Assembly (NCBI RefSeq): GCF_018350175.1
Contig: NC_058368.1
Coordinates: forward strand, 153,390,001 to 153,454,000
Source of the DNA: Felis catus
Taxonomy: Eukaryota
DNA: 64,000 nt
Direction of reading: 5' to 3'
Shown here: one piece after another, positions 12,316 through 24,460 of the stretch
Layout of the letters: each line of letters starts with the position of its first letter
Numbering within the stretch: the first letter of the stretch is position 1
Translations under genes and position numbers: made by a program
Notes under the pieces: generated by a model
What the model saw: the letters and a program-made list of their open reading frames with translations, nothing else
Told to the model about the DNA's origin: nothing
Database searches by the model: none

Positions 12316-12575
12316 GTTTATAACAAAATCTATAAAAATATAATGTAAGACAAAAAAAGTCAAGATCACATATAAAATGTGATCCTCACCTAACACTGAT
12401 CGATGTCTTTGCCGTGCAAAAAGCTTGCAGGCAAGATCAGTGATTCTTTACAAATAGTTCATTGAGATTTCTTAAAAAGTCAGGGCAGCACAGAGGCTGC
12501 TGCTCCACGATTCTGCTAGTCTCAGTGGTCTCCTTACAAAGACGGGCGGCTGGAGGCTGCCAGCTCACTTTAAGA
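12316..12575 (-). other. ARRDC3: ARRDC3 5'UTR (TSS approximate)
   Basis: Lies between the ATG and the CpG-rich promoter with its NRF1 site. The TSS position is inferred. Confidence 0.65.
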
Positions 12576-12960
12576 GCAGCTTTGTGAAAAACAACCCCAG
12601 TGCGCATGCGCACGCCGCGGCTGCTGTCCGCCCTCCCTGCGCGTCCCCTCCCGCGCCCGGCTCGCTCCCTCGCTCGCTCGCGGGTACAGTAGGTGTACAG
12701 CTAAGGGAAGAAGACACGGGCTGTCGGGAGGCTGAACCTGACTTCTCTTCATTGTGGGCTCCTATTGGTAGGCAGGCTACCGTAAACCCTCGACGTGCTA
12801 TCTGGAGCCCCTTACCGAGCACACTCTAATAGATAATAAAAGAGTGGGGCACTGGGGGTCAGGCGCCGGGTGGGGAGATGTTTGCAAAACCAAGTAGGGG
12901 TAAACTGCTGAGTGACCAGACCGAAGCAAGTGTTACCGGCGCTGCAGGGTTTTGCCCACT
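12540..12960 (-). promoter_or_regulatory. ARRDC3 promoter CpG island
   Basis: CpG-dense stretch just 5' of exon 1; CCAAT (attgg) at ~12764-12768; RCGTG at 12793-12797. Confidence 0.85.
12601..12612. promoter_or_regulatory. NRF1 binding motif (perfect palindrome TGCGCATGCGCA)
   Basis: Exact match to the NRF1 consensus, next to the inferred TSS. Confidence 0.8.
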
Positions 12961-14155
12961 ACTTGGATGGAAGGAGGAAAAAGTGATGTGTGAAGAGAGA
13001 TGGGGGAAGGGGAGAAACCGGTTGGGCAAGCGGCTGGTTGCCGAGCATAATCTAACGAATTTCAAAAGAAAACGTAATAAAAACTAGACAAGAAACAATG
13101 TTCTTAGACAAGAGCATTCTTGGCTTGGATTATTTAAAAGACCACTGCGTTGTAGGCAGAGTGGAAGGGAACTCAGTCGAGGCCAAAGGAACCTTACAAG
13201 AGAAGACCAGAAGGAGCAAGAAAGAGAGGCAACTATGATCAATAGTTTTTTTTTTTCTTCTTCTTTTTTTAATCAATAGGTTTTGCTTACTCCTCGACTG
13301 CTTTTTCTTCCATCTCTTAATTAGATAGCAACGAAAAGCAACCAAGTTGTTTGCATGATGACGCCAGGGGGGAAAAGGCCTGACCACTTCCTAGAAGGAA
13401 GAAAAGAGGCTTTTTAAAGACACCACCTACAGCTAGATTTGCAGGGTATGACATGATTACAACTCCTGTGTCCAGAGGATTAAAAATAGAGTTTGGCCTT
13501 AAAAAGTACCACTTTATAAGAGGCAACATGACATAGTGTTTTAACTGACCTCATGTTCACAACGGAATCGAAAATCTTTGTTAGAAATTAGTGAAGCCTG
13601 TAAGATGGTTTTTAAAAAGCATGATGTGGTATATAAATAGAACTTAATTTTGTAAAGTTCTCATATTAATTTTTACAAGTCCAACGGTCTTAGACTGTTC
13701 AACATTGTAATCCTCTTAATCAAAGACAAGTAAATTTATATTGTGAACATTTTGGTAACAAATGGCAATGTTTTCATAAACTCACACTGGGATTCAAGGC
13801 ATAACAGCATAAACTTTTCTAGATTTTTGCAATCAACAGAGCTGCTTCTAAGAGAAATGTAGATGGAAAAATATGAATCTGGAACTATATATTCATAATT
13901 AAATACACTGGAAGATTTTTGACCGTTCTCAGTGGTTTACTGTTTTCTTGCTTTTTGGGGAAGAAACAATTTTGTTGGATTTTAGTTGACAAGGTAGTTA
14001 TCTTGGCCTCAGCATTATATATAAATATACAAATTATTTGGAGAGTTAATGGGCAGGCCATTTATCTCTAATAAAGTTTAGATGGCTATGCTTAAAACTG
14101 AATTTGTGTATCTGAGTGGGAAACATAGCCTTTTTTCTTTTTTTTCCCTCTTGGT

Positions 14156-14253
14156 TGACACCTGGTGGAAATTCATTCTGGTTGTTGAAGTACTTGGAAT
14201 TTTGTACTAGCTTTGGTAACAGATACTACTTGGGTTTTTTTGCCACCTAGTGG
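14156..14253 (-). promoter_or_regulatory. Pair of co-oriented CTCF-like motifs
   Basis: Minus strand reads CCACTAGGTGGCA (14253-14241) and CCACCAGGTGTCA (14168-14156). Confidence 0.6.
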
Positions 14254-14969
14254 TAAAATGGTGAATTTGCTAAAATGTCAGCTTCTCAGCTTTAGGGTCA
14301 AATGATACTTGTGAAGCATTCAAATGACATTGGGCAAGAAATGGATTTAAAAGTGCAGTACACAATGAGGCCTTCATTACTAAATTTGTTTTAAATACCT
14401 CAGGGCTCGTGAACAATGGCTAAATTGTTCAGAAGTTTAAGTAAAAATTTTCTTGTCGTAATATAACTTCTATCTGAAAAAATAAGAATCAGTTTTTTAA
14501 ATGAACTAGAATTGCATTTAATCAGAAAGAACCCTAAGAGATTTACTTGTAGTTTGGAAAATTGTTTTACCACATTAAATGATTCATTCATGGGGCTATA
14601 GGGCATTATTCCTTCTCTTAGAAGCTTTTAGGATATTATAAATTACTGTCTTTATTACTTACTTTGCTGTTTCTCTTTATTTTCTCTCTGTGTCTTCATA
14701 AACACTTCCTAAACACCTCTTAAACTAATTGACAAGTTGCCAGGAAATTCTTATCCCCTGTCACTTTTACTTAAGATTCTACTCATTTATCCTAATTATC
14801 ACCTTTCTTTGATTTGGATTTGGTCATATAACTATTTAAGTGTCTAAACTTGAGTTTACTTGCTTCATTTTGTTTACTTCCTCCTATTTGTTCAAACTCT
14901 GGAAACACCAGAAACAAACGAACAACAAACAAACAACCCTGGCACCTTTAAATTCCTGTTTGTGTTTTC

Positions 14970-15082
14970 AGTTTTTTAAAAATTTATTTATGTAAGTAAT
15001 TTCTGCATCCAGTATGGGGCTCAAACTCACAACCAGAGATCAAGAGTCTCATGCTCTTCCAACTGAGCCAGCCAGATGTCCC
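14970..15082 (-). mobile_element. Short (CT-less) CanSINE
   Basis: 'ggggctcaaactcacaacc...gagatcaagagtc...actgagccagccag'. Confidence 0.75.
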
Positions 15083-16334
15083 TTTGTTTTTGTGTCTAAA
15101 AGGAAAAAAACACTTGGACTAAATTTTGGACTAAATGTTTTCTCTTGTGGCATTTGTAACCTCCCCTTTTCAAAACTCCTTGTCTAAAACTCTGCCTTTG
15201 AGATAACTTGAAATGTTGTACTTTAGGTGTTTTCTTGGTCTTCTGGACTTGTCTTACTGGGCCCTTATTGTATTTTGCATTAAGTTTAAGCTATTCGTCT
15301 TTACCACTAAGGCTCTTTCCTACTGCACTCCAGCCTACGTCTCGTATGCCTTCTCCTCCTACTCCTCTGCTGACTCTCTATACTCCTGTCAAGTGCATCT
15401 TCTGTCCCCTTTGTTAGCCTGTCTCGCTGTTGCCAATGTGCAGTTGCATGCTGTTTTCTGTGCCCAGAACAACATCTCACTGCTGTTAACTCCTTTCCCG
15501 TCTTCTAACCCCTCTACTAGACTCAGTTGGGCACAACTGAATAAAATTCCAAGTAGGCAGAATAACTAGCTCCCCCTTCCCTTTTTACAACTTCTTCAGA
15601 GCTTAAGTAGAAATCCCTCTTTATGGTATTTGTTCCTTGGATTTTAAATTCAATGGCTGTTCCATCTTACTGTACAAAGGATTAAACTCAAGCTCAAGAA
15701 CTCTATCTAAAACTGACAAATGATGATCACTATCAAGATATTTTGTATTCATGTGGTAAGTAAAAATTACTGCCAAGTCTGGAGATTTTTACATAATATG
15801 TCATAGTGCTCAATATTATTAAAAAAACAACACCAAGCCATCTCAACAGAAAGTTTTCATGTATGATTGTAAGAAAAGCCACACCAGTAGCCAGACCTAT
15901 TCTTAAAAAAAAAAAAAAAAAAAAGAAATCCATGTTTAATCCTTATTTCAACTAACACTTGATTGTCTTACGTAGTGTAGAACTAAGGGTGTTTGGTTTT
16001 TGTTTTCTTTTTGTTTTAATTTCATATTTCAGGATTTTGTGACTCTGACTTAACTCTTTAACATCCTCAAAATACAATGACTTTGGAGCAAAGACTGGAG
16101 GCAAGATTTGCTATGTTATTAACAAAATAAGTGAGTTTTTTATATTTGATAGTTAATTAGATGGTGTATTTATGTTCTTCATACTTAATAGACATTCAAA
16201 TGTATTCTGAATTTCATCATAAATTTCAGTTCCAAATTTCTATTTCTGTTCTCCCTCCTCATTAAGATGTAGTATGTGTTATGTGAACACCAGTTGATCT
16301 TTTATTTTTGATGTCCTTTTTTTTTAAAGTATGC

Positions 16335-16573
16335 TTTTTTTTTTAAAGGTTATTTTATTTATTTAGAGAGAGAAAGGGAAAGAGAGAGAGTGAGCATGAG
16401 CTGGGTAGGGGCACAGGAAGAGAGAGAGAACCCCAAGCAGGCTCTGTGCTATGCAGGCTCTGCACTATCAGCACAAAGCCTAACTCAGGGCTCTATCTCA
16501 CTAGCCATGAGACCTTGACCTGAACCGAAATCAGGAATCCAGTGCTTAACCAACTGAGCCACCCAGGTACCCC
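16335..16573 (-). mobile_element. CanSINE with a small internal duplication
   Basis: Head and tail present; gcaggctctg(t/c)gctat is duplicated. Confidence 0.9.
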
Positions 16574-17993
16574 TTGATTTTTTAATTTACAGTAAAGTCA
16601 TCCATAATTCTATCCACCCAGATATACCACTGTTAACATTTTGTTACATTTCCATCTAGATATACAACTAATAAAGAATTATTAATAATGAGCATTATTG
16701 CATTATTGCATTGCTGGCAAAGTAAAGACAATGATTCATGTCAATTAGAATTCTCTGACAACAGATTTGATTAGTGGCTCCAAGGGAAAATCTCTTGAAT
16801 GAATTTGTAACACTTAGGTCCTGCTAAATTAGATGACTTGGTAAAGTTTATTCATGTAGGCTTGAGTGGCATTGGGCCTATGGGGAGAATCAGAACTGCT
16901 GTTTCTTTTTTGAACTATTTTATGACTTTTGACCTGGCACAACTTTATGTAATGAATGTAAAAAAAATCTATAATAGCTAACATTTTCTGATGATTACTG
17001 AGTTTTAGCTGAAAGTATAAGTGAATGCAACAAGTTCTCAGTTTTTTTTTTACCTCAAATTCATATTTTGCTAAATGGAATTTCATATTCGATATCTCAC
17101 TTAGAGAATATTGCCTTTCCAGTCATCTACATTTTTTTCTGTTGATGAAGAGGATCCTTATTATTGATGATTTTTAAAACCCGAAACTTATTATTTACTG
17201 TCACTATTTTTTCAATACTGTTTAATGGAAGCATTTTCCAAGGGTCTGTTATGTAAGGTTAGTTTTATTTATTGTTGTTTATTATTATGTTATCATACTT
17301 AAAAACTGTAAAAAGAATTATTTCTTCTCATTCATTTGAATCAGCTTAGTTTTCCTGTTACTATTTTTTCTGTTGTTGAGGAATTTTACTTGTTATCCCA
17401 TTGAAGAAGTAGCCATGATGAAGGAAGAGTTTGTTGAGAAATGCTGTAAGGAGGAAAGGCAGTTTAAAAGTTTGCTGCATCCAGAATTCTAAGTGTTTCA
17501 AATGATCTTTTGTTTCAGAGTCAGGAAACAAGTTACATGATAGTTAAGCTTTGAAATCACACATTTAATCTGTGACTTAGTAAATTCACATGTGGCTTAA
17601 TCAGGAATTGGTTTTATATTTTTTGTTTTTGTAACATGAACATTTTTCTTTTAGTTTATGAATAAGCTACTTAAATCAATGCATTTCAGTGGAAACTTGA
17701 GGCAACTGAAATTTTCTGCCCCAAATTGATATAAAATTGATATGTAATTGATATAGTCAGTTGATAATCGGTTTTTGTAGAGTGGATGAATTTCCGATTA
17801 TTTTGCTGTGGAGAATCTTGTAGGACCTTAATGCTTTAATATTTTAGACTTTGAAACATATATCTCTTTGAAACATACAACTCTTCAAAACTCTTTGAAG
17901 AGTTTTGTGGATATGGGGTACACATGCTGTTGTGAAGATGCACAAAGCATCTGAAGTGAGGAACAGAATTAAATCATGAATAATCTACAAATT

Positions 17994-18122
17994 GGGACAC
18001 CTGGGTGGCTCAGGTCATGATCCCAGGGTAGTTGGATTGAGCCCTGTGTGAAGCTCTGTGCTTAGCGTGGAGCCTGCTTGGGATTCTCTCTCTCTGAACC
18101 TCTCCTCTGCTCCTGCTCTCAT

Positions 18123-18171
<49 letters not shown>

Positions 18172-18183
18172 AAAAAAAAAAAA
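17994..18183 (+). mobile_element. CanSINE with expanded (CT)n
   Basis: Head with a deletion; (CT)n at ~18125-18166; A tail. Confidence 0.88.
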
Positions 18184-19612
18184 TATGTGAGTAATTTACA
18201 AGTTGAAATAATATAGTGTATCTTTGTCTTTAGAAAATGGGAGTAATGCTTTAGTAAAGTCAAAATAATTTTGTAACATACGGGTTAAAGACAAAATTAG
18301 GAAGCTAGAGTAGATTGAATTTTACCTACTAATTTTAATGTCCAAATCATCTTTTACACTCTTACAGATAAGGAATACTTTATTTCTGCCAGTGGGTCCC
18401 TTGAATGGGAGAAGCCTTTTAACTCTAATTTTTCATTTATTTTTTTCTTTTGATATTATTTCAATCTGTTTTGGTGAAACTTGGTAGAAGCTCTAGAAAG
18501 ATAAACGTATAAGAAGATACTGAACTTAGCCTGACCTCTCCCCTTAGGCTTTTCTGCAAATGAAGAGGAAGGAGGGAAGAACCTTTTAGAAAGAGTCTCT
18601 TGATAAATAAGTGGCCAATGGCAGGGGAATGATTGTCAAATAGAGTCATGATCCTAAAAAGGATAAGGTGAGAAGAACAAATGGTCATTCTCTTACTGTT
18701 TCTAGCACAAGCCTTTCTCATTGTCATGAACTTCAGTGATTTTGTATTCTAATCACATTATTTTTTTCTGTCTCTGCAGTGATCACTCTAAATGAAATGA
18801 AGTGTTGGTTGCTGGCTTGGAGACAGCAGTGGCCAATAGTTAAGAGGACAAAGCCAATTAAGTGAACTCTTGAAAAATCACCAAAACATTGGTAAGTGAA
18901 CTCTTGAAAAATCACCAAAAAATCACCAAATCTTCAGAGAGTAGTGTGAGGGTGAAGGGCAAGAGATCTGTCTCTGGGAGGATATGGAGACAGAGAAGGA
19001 TGACAGAGTTACGGTCTTCTCAAGACTTTTCTCAGTGGTCAGGCTCACATTCAAAGAGTGGACATGGCACAGGCATGACTAAAGAAAGTCAGGGAGACTT
19101 TTCATGGGATCAGGAAGCCTGTCTGATAACTGAAAATGGGGCAGGGGGGCAGGCTAGATGGGATGAAACAAGATTTTCTTTTAGAGGTATATAGGACTTA
19201 CATACATTGGCCAAGAAATCCAGAAAGCACGAGCTTATTTGCTAGGCGAGGGGTGTGTGTGTGAGAGACAAAGAGATCACCGTTAAAACAATCAGAATAC
19301 TAGCATATTTTATGGCAGCCACTGTGCTTTCTGCTCATTATCTTATTTGGTCGTCTTAACAGCACTATGAGGTAAATACTATTGTATCCATCCTATGAAC
19401 AAGGAAGCCAGCTTGGAATAATGAAGTAACTTGTCCATACTCCCACAACTAGTAACAGATGGTACTAGGATTTGAATCAATTCTATTAATCAGTAGGCCA
19501 TGCTGAAAGCCAGGCAGTAGACTTATTTATCAGTAAGCCTCCAAGAAGGCTTCTGTAACCATCCTCTCCTCCCTAGTTTGGATTATGTGTTCCTCTTCTT
19601 TGTTCACAACAC

Positions 19613-19815
19613 CTTTTAATACTTATTTTTGAGACAATGCAAGAAACAGAGTGCAAGCAGCGGAGGCGCAGACAGAGAGAGACACAGAATCTGAAGTGGG
19701 CTCCAGGCTCTGAGCTGTCAGCCCAGAGCCCGACGTGGGGCTCAAACTCATGAACTGTGAGATCATGACCTGAGCTGAAGTCTGACGCTTAACCTATTGA
19801 GCCACTCAGGCGCCC
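19613..19815 (-). mobile_element. CanSINE (feliform)
   Basis: TSD tcacaacacctttt. Confidence 0.92.
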
Positions 19816-19902
19816 CTCACAACACCTTTTAAAAACTTTGTTTCTTAACAATATTTTGTGTGGTTTATTTTACTGTCTCTTCCATAATACTCCATGCTCT
19901 CA

Positions 19903-20156
19903 CTTTTTTTTTTAGTTTTTTTTTCTTAATGTTTCTTTATTTCTAAGAGAGAGAGACAGAGAGAGAGAGAGAAAGAGAGAGAGAGAGGGAAAGTGCGAGT
20001 GGGGGAGGGCAGAGCAAGAGGGAGACAAATCCGAAGCAGGCTCCAGGCTCTGAGCTGTCAGCACAGAGCCTGATATGGGACTCGAAGTCATGAACTGTGA
20101 GATCATGACCTGAGCTGAAGTCGGAGGCTTAATCGGCTCAGCCATCCAGGCGCCCC
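19903..20156 (-). mobile_element. CanSINE (feliform)
   Basis: Head at 20156, (GA)n, T tail. Confidence 0.92.
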
Positions 20157-20397
20157 TCAGGGGTACTCTTATCTAGGGCTCAAGTGTTAATCATTTTTAT
20201 ATCTGCAGTACTTAGCATAGTGCCTGGCACATAATACACACTTAATAAATTGTGTACTGATATGTGGTAAGTTGATAAAGGAATGTTATCTTTAAGCAAT
20301 TTTCCATTGAAAGATTGTCGAATCTTATGGGAAGTTTTTCTAGATACCCACATGAAACCACATGAGGCTGATGAATTAAAAATAAGATATAAGTTCA

Positions 20398-20620
20398 GGG
20401 GCAGCTGGGTGGCTCGGTAGGTTGAGCGTTCGACTTTGCCTCAGGTCATGATCTCACAGCTAAAGAGTTTGAGCTCTGTGTTGGGCTCTGTGCTGATGGC
20501 TCAGAGCCTGGAGCCCGCTTCGGATTCTATATCTCCCCCTCTCTCTGCCCCTCCCCCACTCGCACTCTGTGTCTCTATCTCAAAATAAATAAACATTAAA
20601 AAAAATTTAAAAATTAAAAG
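20398..20620 (+). mobile_element. CanSINE (feliform)
   Basis: TSD aaaataagatataag. Confidence 0.92.
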
Positions 20621-21232
20621 AAAATAAGATATAAGGTCAAACCATCATTTTATAAGTATGTGCTGATTGCCTCAAGGTCGTCATCATGATGTATTTATTG
20701 TCCAATCCCAGTTGAAGTAAACTGCCTTTACTAAAGTAAAGATTACTGCCTTTATTAAAGTAAAGTTTTATGGTTTTAAAGTAATAATCATATTAAAATA
20801 CATATATCACTTTTCAGCATTTTTCTACTTTTATTGGATACATTATTTACAATTAATGAACAAAGAATCTTCCAGCTTGCTTTTGATTGCTTAGGAAAAA
20901 TGCTGTTGTGTGCCATAGCAGAGAGCAAAATACCTGACTATAAGAATTTGGGAAACTTAAATGAAACTTGCTTATCTATATTTTTAATATAGTTTCATAT
21001 CTGCCATTTGATAGAAGTATTTTGAACAGATTTGCAAGTAGATCATAGAAATCAAAGATCTTGATTTTGTAATATTTTATTTGCTATATATATATTGAGA
21101 TTATGTGTAGGTGATACCTATCTTAGAAATTAAAATCACTAAAAACATTTCTGAAGACAAACACTTTTCATTTATAAGTTTGGAAATTTGACAGTCAGGT
21201 ATTTGAAAACCTGGTCATTGAAAAAATATATT

Positions 21233-21445
21233 GGGGCACCTGGGTGGTTCAGTCGGTTAAGCATCCGACTTAGGCTCAGGTCATGATCTCACGGCCATGA
21301 GTTTGAGCCCTGCGTCGGGCTCTGTGCTGACAGCTCAGAGCCTGGAGCCTGCTTCGGATTCTGTGTCTCCCTCTCTCTCTCTGCTCCTCCCCCGTTCATG
21401 CTCTGTCTCTCTCTGTCTTAAAAATAAACATTAAAAAAAAAAGAA
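21233..21445 (+). mobile_element. CanSINE (feliform)
   Basis: Full head, body and tail. Confidence 0.92.
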
Positions 21446-21667
21446 AATATTAAAAATGAAAATATATATTATTTAAAAATTATTTTGCATATATTTTCAA
21501 AATTTTTTTTATTTTTAAGAACAGTGAAATACTTAGATTGAAAACACTACAATATTTGCTGTGGAGAAACAGAACTTTGTGGATTTATGAATGGAAATGA
21601 GATATAACGTTCTGGATTCTTACAAGAGAGCAGAAAGTATGAGCAATGGTAAGTGCTGTGGATTACA

Positions 21668-21925
21668 TTTTTTTTAAAGTTTTTATCCAAATACCAGTCA
21701 GTTAACAGAGTGTAATATTAGTTTCAGGTCTATGTTGCAGTGATTCAAGACTTCCACATAACACTAGTTATGTACTCATCACAAATGCCCTCCTTAATCC
21801 GCATCACCTATTTAACTCCTCGCCCTACCCACCTCCCACGTGGTAACCATCAGTGTGTTCTCTGTGGTGAAGAGTCTGTTGCCTTTCTCTTTTTCTCACC
21901 TTTGCTTGATTGTTTTGTTTCTTAA
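21668..21925 (-). mobile_element. Short carnivore LINE-1 3'UTR fragment
   Basis: Similar to 53270-53692; degenerate TSD gctgtggatta/gctgtgggtta. Confidence 0.7.
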
Positions 21926-22039
21926 ATGGCTGTGGGTTAAATTTATGTGTATAAATTTAACTTCTGAATGGTGAATTAATTTTCCTTTAATAATTGAAAG
22001 AAAAGCTCTGAGGATGTGTTTAATGTATTATCTTGCATA

Positions 22040-22263
22040 TTTTTTAAAATTTAGTTTTATTTATTTTGAGAGAGAGACAGAGAAAGCAGGTGGAAGAGGG
22101 GCAGAGAGAGAGGGAGACAAAGAATCCCAAGCAGGCTCTGTAGTGTCAGTACGGAACCTGATTCTGGGGTTGATGTGGGGCTCGAACCCACAAACCGTGA
22201 GATCATGACCTGAGCTGAAGCCAAGAGTTGTACGGTTAACTGACTGAGCCACCCAGGCGCCCC
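22040..22263 (-). mobile_element. CanSINE
   Basis: TSD tatcttgcatatttt. Confidence 0.92.
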
Positions 22264-22846
22264 GCTATCTTGCATATTTTACTAAACAAAGGAGATCAAT
22301 GATAAAATTGTACAATTAACAAAGGTACAACATGATAGTTAAATTTAGAGAAAGAGTGTGGTCTGTGAGTAGAAATTACAATCATGTAATTAATTTTAAA
22401 TTTTCATCTCTGGCAGCCAGAACTTTTAGTTTAAAATTTATAAAAGAAACACAATATCCATTATGGGACTCAAAAGAGCTTTCAATGTATGGTATACAAT
22501 GTTCAATCTGTCAGTGTAGGGCCCATTAATTAATTGAATCATTACTCTTTTTTCAATAGGGCTTTTTCTCCCAAACATTGTTTAGTTATTAAGAGACAAC
22601 TATTAAAATGATAGAAACACTGTTTTCTACAAATTTATGTATTTGGCCTTCACTGTTTTATAATATTTCAAAAGCATATTTTCTTATAATACTATATTTA
22701 CCATACAGTGTATGTGTTCAGTTTCCTGTGAGGACTTACATGTGCTTACTAGGACAGAGAGGAAAGAAATATTCCATGCCTGAGCAGTGCTAATAGATTC
22801 TGGTATTATCTCATTTCTCACAAGATAACTTTCTGTTAGAACATAC

Positions 22847-23074
22847 CTTTTCTTTTTTTTTTTTTTAAGTTTATTTATTTATTAAGAGAGAGAGACAGAG
22901 ACAGCATGAGTGTGGGAGGGGCAGAGAGAGAAAGGGAGAGAGAGAATCCCAAGCTGGCTCTGCACTGCCAGAACAGAACCCGATTTAGGGCTTGAACTCA
23001 TGAAACTGTGAGATCATGACCTGAGCTGAAACCAAGAGTCAGACGCTTAACCAAGTGAGCCACCCAGGCACCCC
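22847..23074 (-). mobile_element. CanSINE
   Basis: TSD agaacatac. Confidence 0.92.
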
Positions 23075-23299
23075 AGAACATACGTTTTTTTAAAGAAGCA
23101 AATAAATAAAATGAGAAATAACTCTATCATGAAGAGACTTGTTAGATTTATGTTAAGAAGAAACAGTCTATCTGTGTGATAAGTAGGGTACATAAAAAAA
23201 ATCAAAAGATTGGTTATGAAAAGAAAACAATTTTAAGAAGCTCTAGAGGGAAAAAAATACTTTTGACTCTTTACATAATTCTTAAAACATAAAATGGTG

Positions 23300-23440
23300 A
23301 GTATGGTGGGCTAAGCCTTTACATGCTTTATATCATTTGATCATAATAATAATGCAATTATCCTCATTTTAAAGATGGGGAAACTGAGGCTTAGAAAGAT
23401 CTGGTAACTTGCTCAAGCTCACACCCCCAAGTGGTAGAGT
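23300..23440. mobile_element. MIR
   Basis: MIR core 'cattttaaagatggggaaactgaggcttaga'. Confidence 0.6.
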
Positions 23441-23559
23441 TACCTTTACAGAATTTACAATTTAAGGAGAAATATAAGCAAATAGTTAAATAAGGATATG
23501 TGTGCAATAGATATATGTTGCTAACAGGACTTGCATAGTATTAGGAAATGTCTAGCAAA

Positions 23560-24255
23560 GGTACTGAATCCTGATCCAGTGCTCAGGCAGAGCCTTCCCA
23601 GAAGAGTTGAGATTTACTAGAAATGAGAGAGAAGTCAGGATCAATCTAGAGAAGTAAACAGAGACCAAATTGTCAGAACCTTATAGCTTTCCAGAACATA
23701 TGATTCATTGTCCTAGTTGAGACTCTACTGAGAGTGCAAGAGAGGCCAATAATAACCGTGTTTGTACAATAGAAATAAAAATCATCCTGGGCAAACCAAA
23801 ATATATGGCAGTATAAGGAGTTTGGTTTTCATTCTAGAAGCAATAAGGAATATTGAAGAGTTTTTAAGAGGAATAACATGAACAGATTTATGTTTTAGAA
23901 TAACTCTGATCTTGGAAAATAGATTAGAGGAGGCTTGTAGATTATTTTAAGAGGCTGTTTTGGTAATACAGTACAGTAGGATGGTGGCCAGAATTCCATA
24001 CTATTAGAGAGACTAAAGGGAAATGGATTAAGTTCAAGAGATATTTAGGATGTAGAATCACCAGAACTTGGTACATGATTAGATCTGGGTTCAGAGGGAG
24101 ACACATTAATTGGGTGTATATTAGTGAAGGGAAGGGAAGTCAAGGATGACCCTGGATTTCTGGACTAGGCAACTTGCTGACTGAATGGTGGAGCCATCTG
24201 CTGAGATGAGGAACGTGCGGAGGAGTGAAGATGATGATGAATTTACTTTTGTTCA
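23560..24255. mobile_element. Degenerate L2 LINE
   Basis: 'gaagtcaaggatgaccctggatttctggactaggcaac...tggtggagccat' is L2-like. Confidence 0.55.
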
Positions 24256-24307
24256 GTTTTATTTTTGTTCATTTTTAATTTTTTTGATTTTTAAAATTTT
24301 GAAACAA

Positions 24308-24460
24308 GAAATGAATAAACTGAGGGTTGATGGGAGGGGTGGGAGGGAGGGGAAAGTAAATGATGGGCATTGAGGAGGGCACCTGTTGGGATGAGCATTG
24401 GGTATTGTATGGAAACCAATTTGACAATAAATTTCAAATAAAAAAAAAAAAGAAAAAAAA
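24308..24460 (+). mobile_element. Short felid LINE-1 3'UTR + polyA
   Basis: Close match to the 3' end of the L1 at 45420-45559. Confidence 0.85.
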
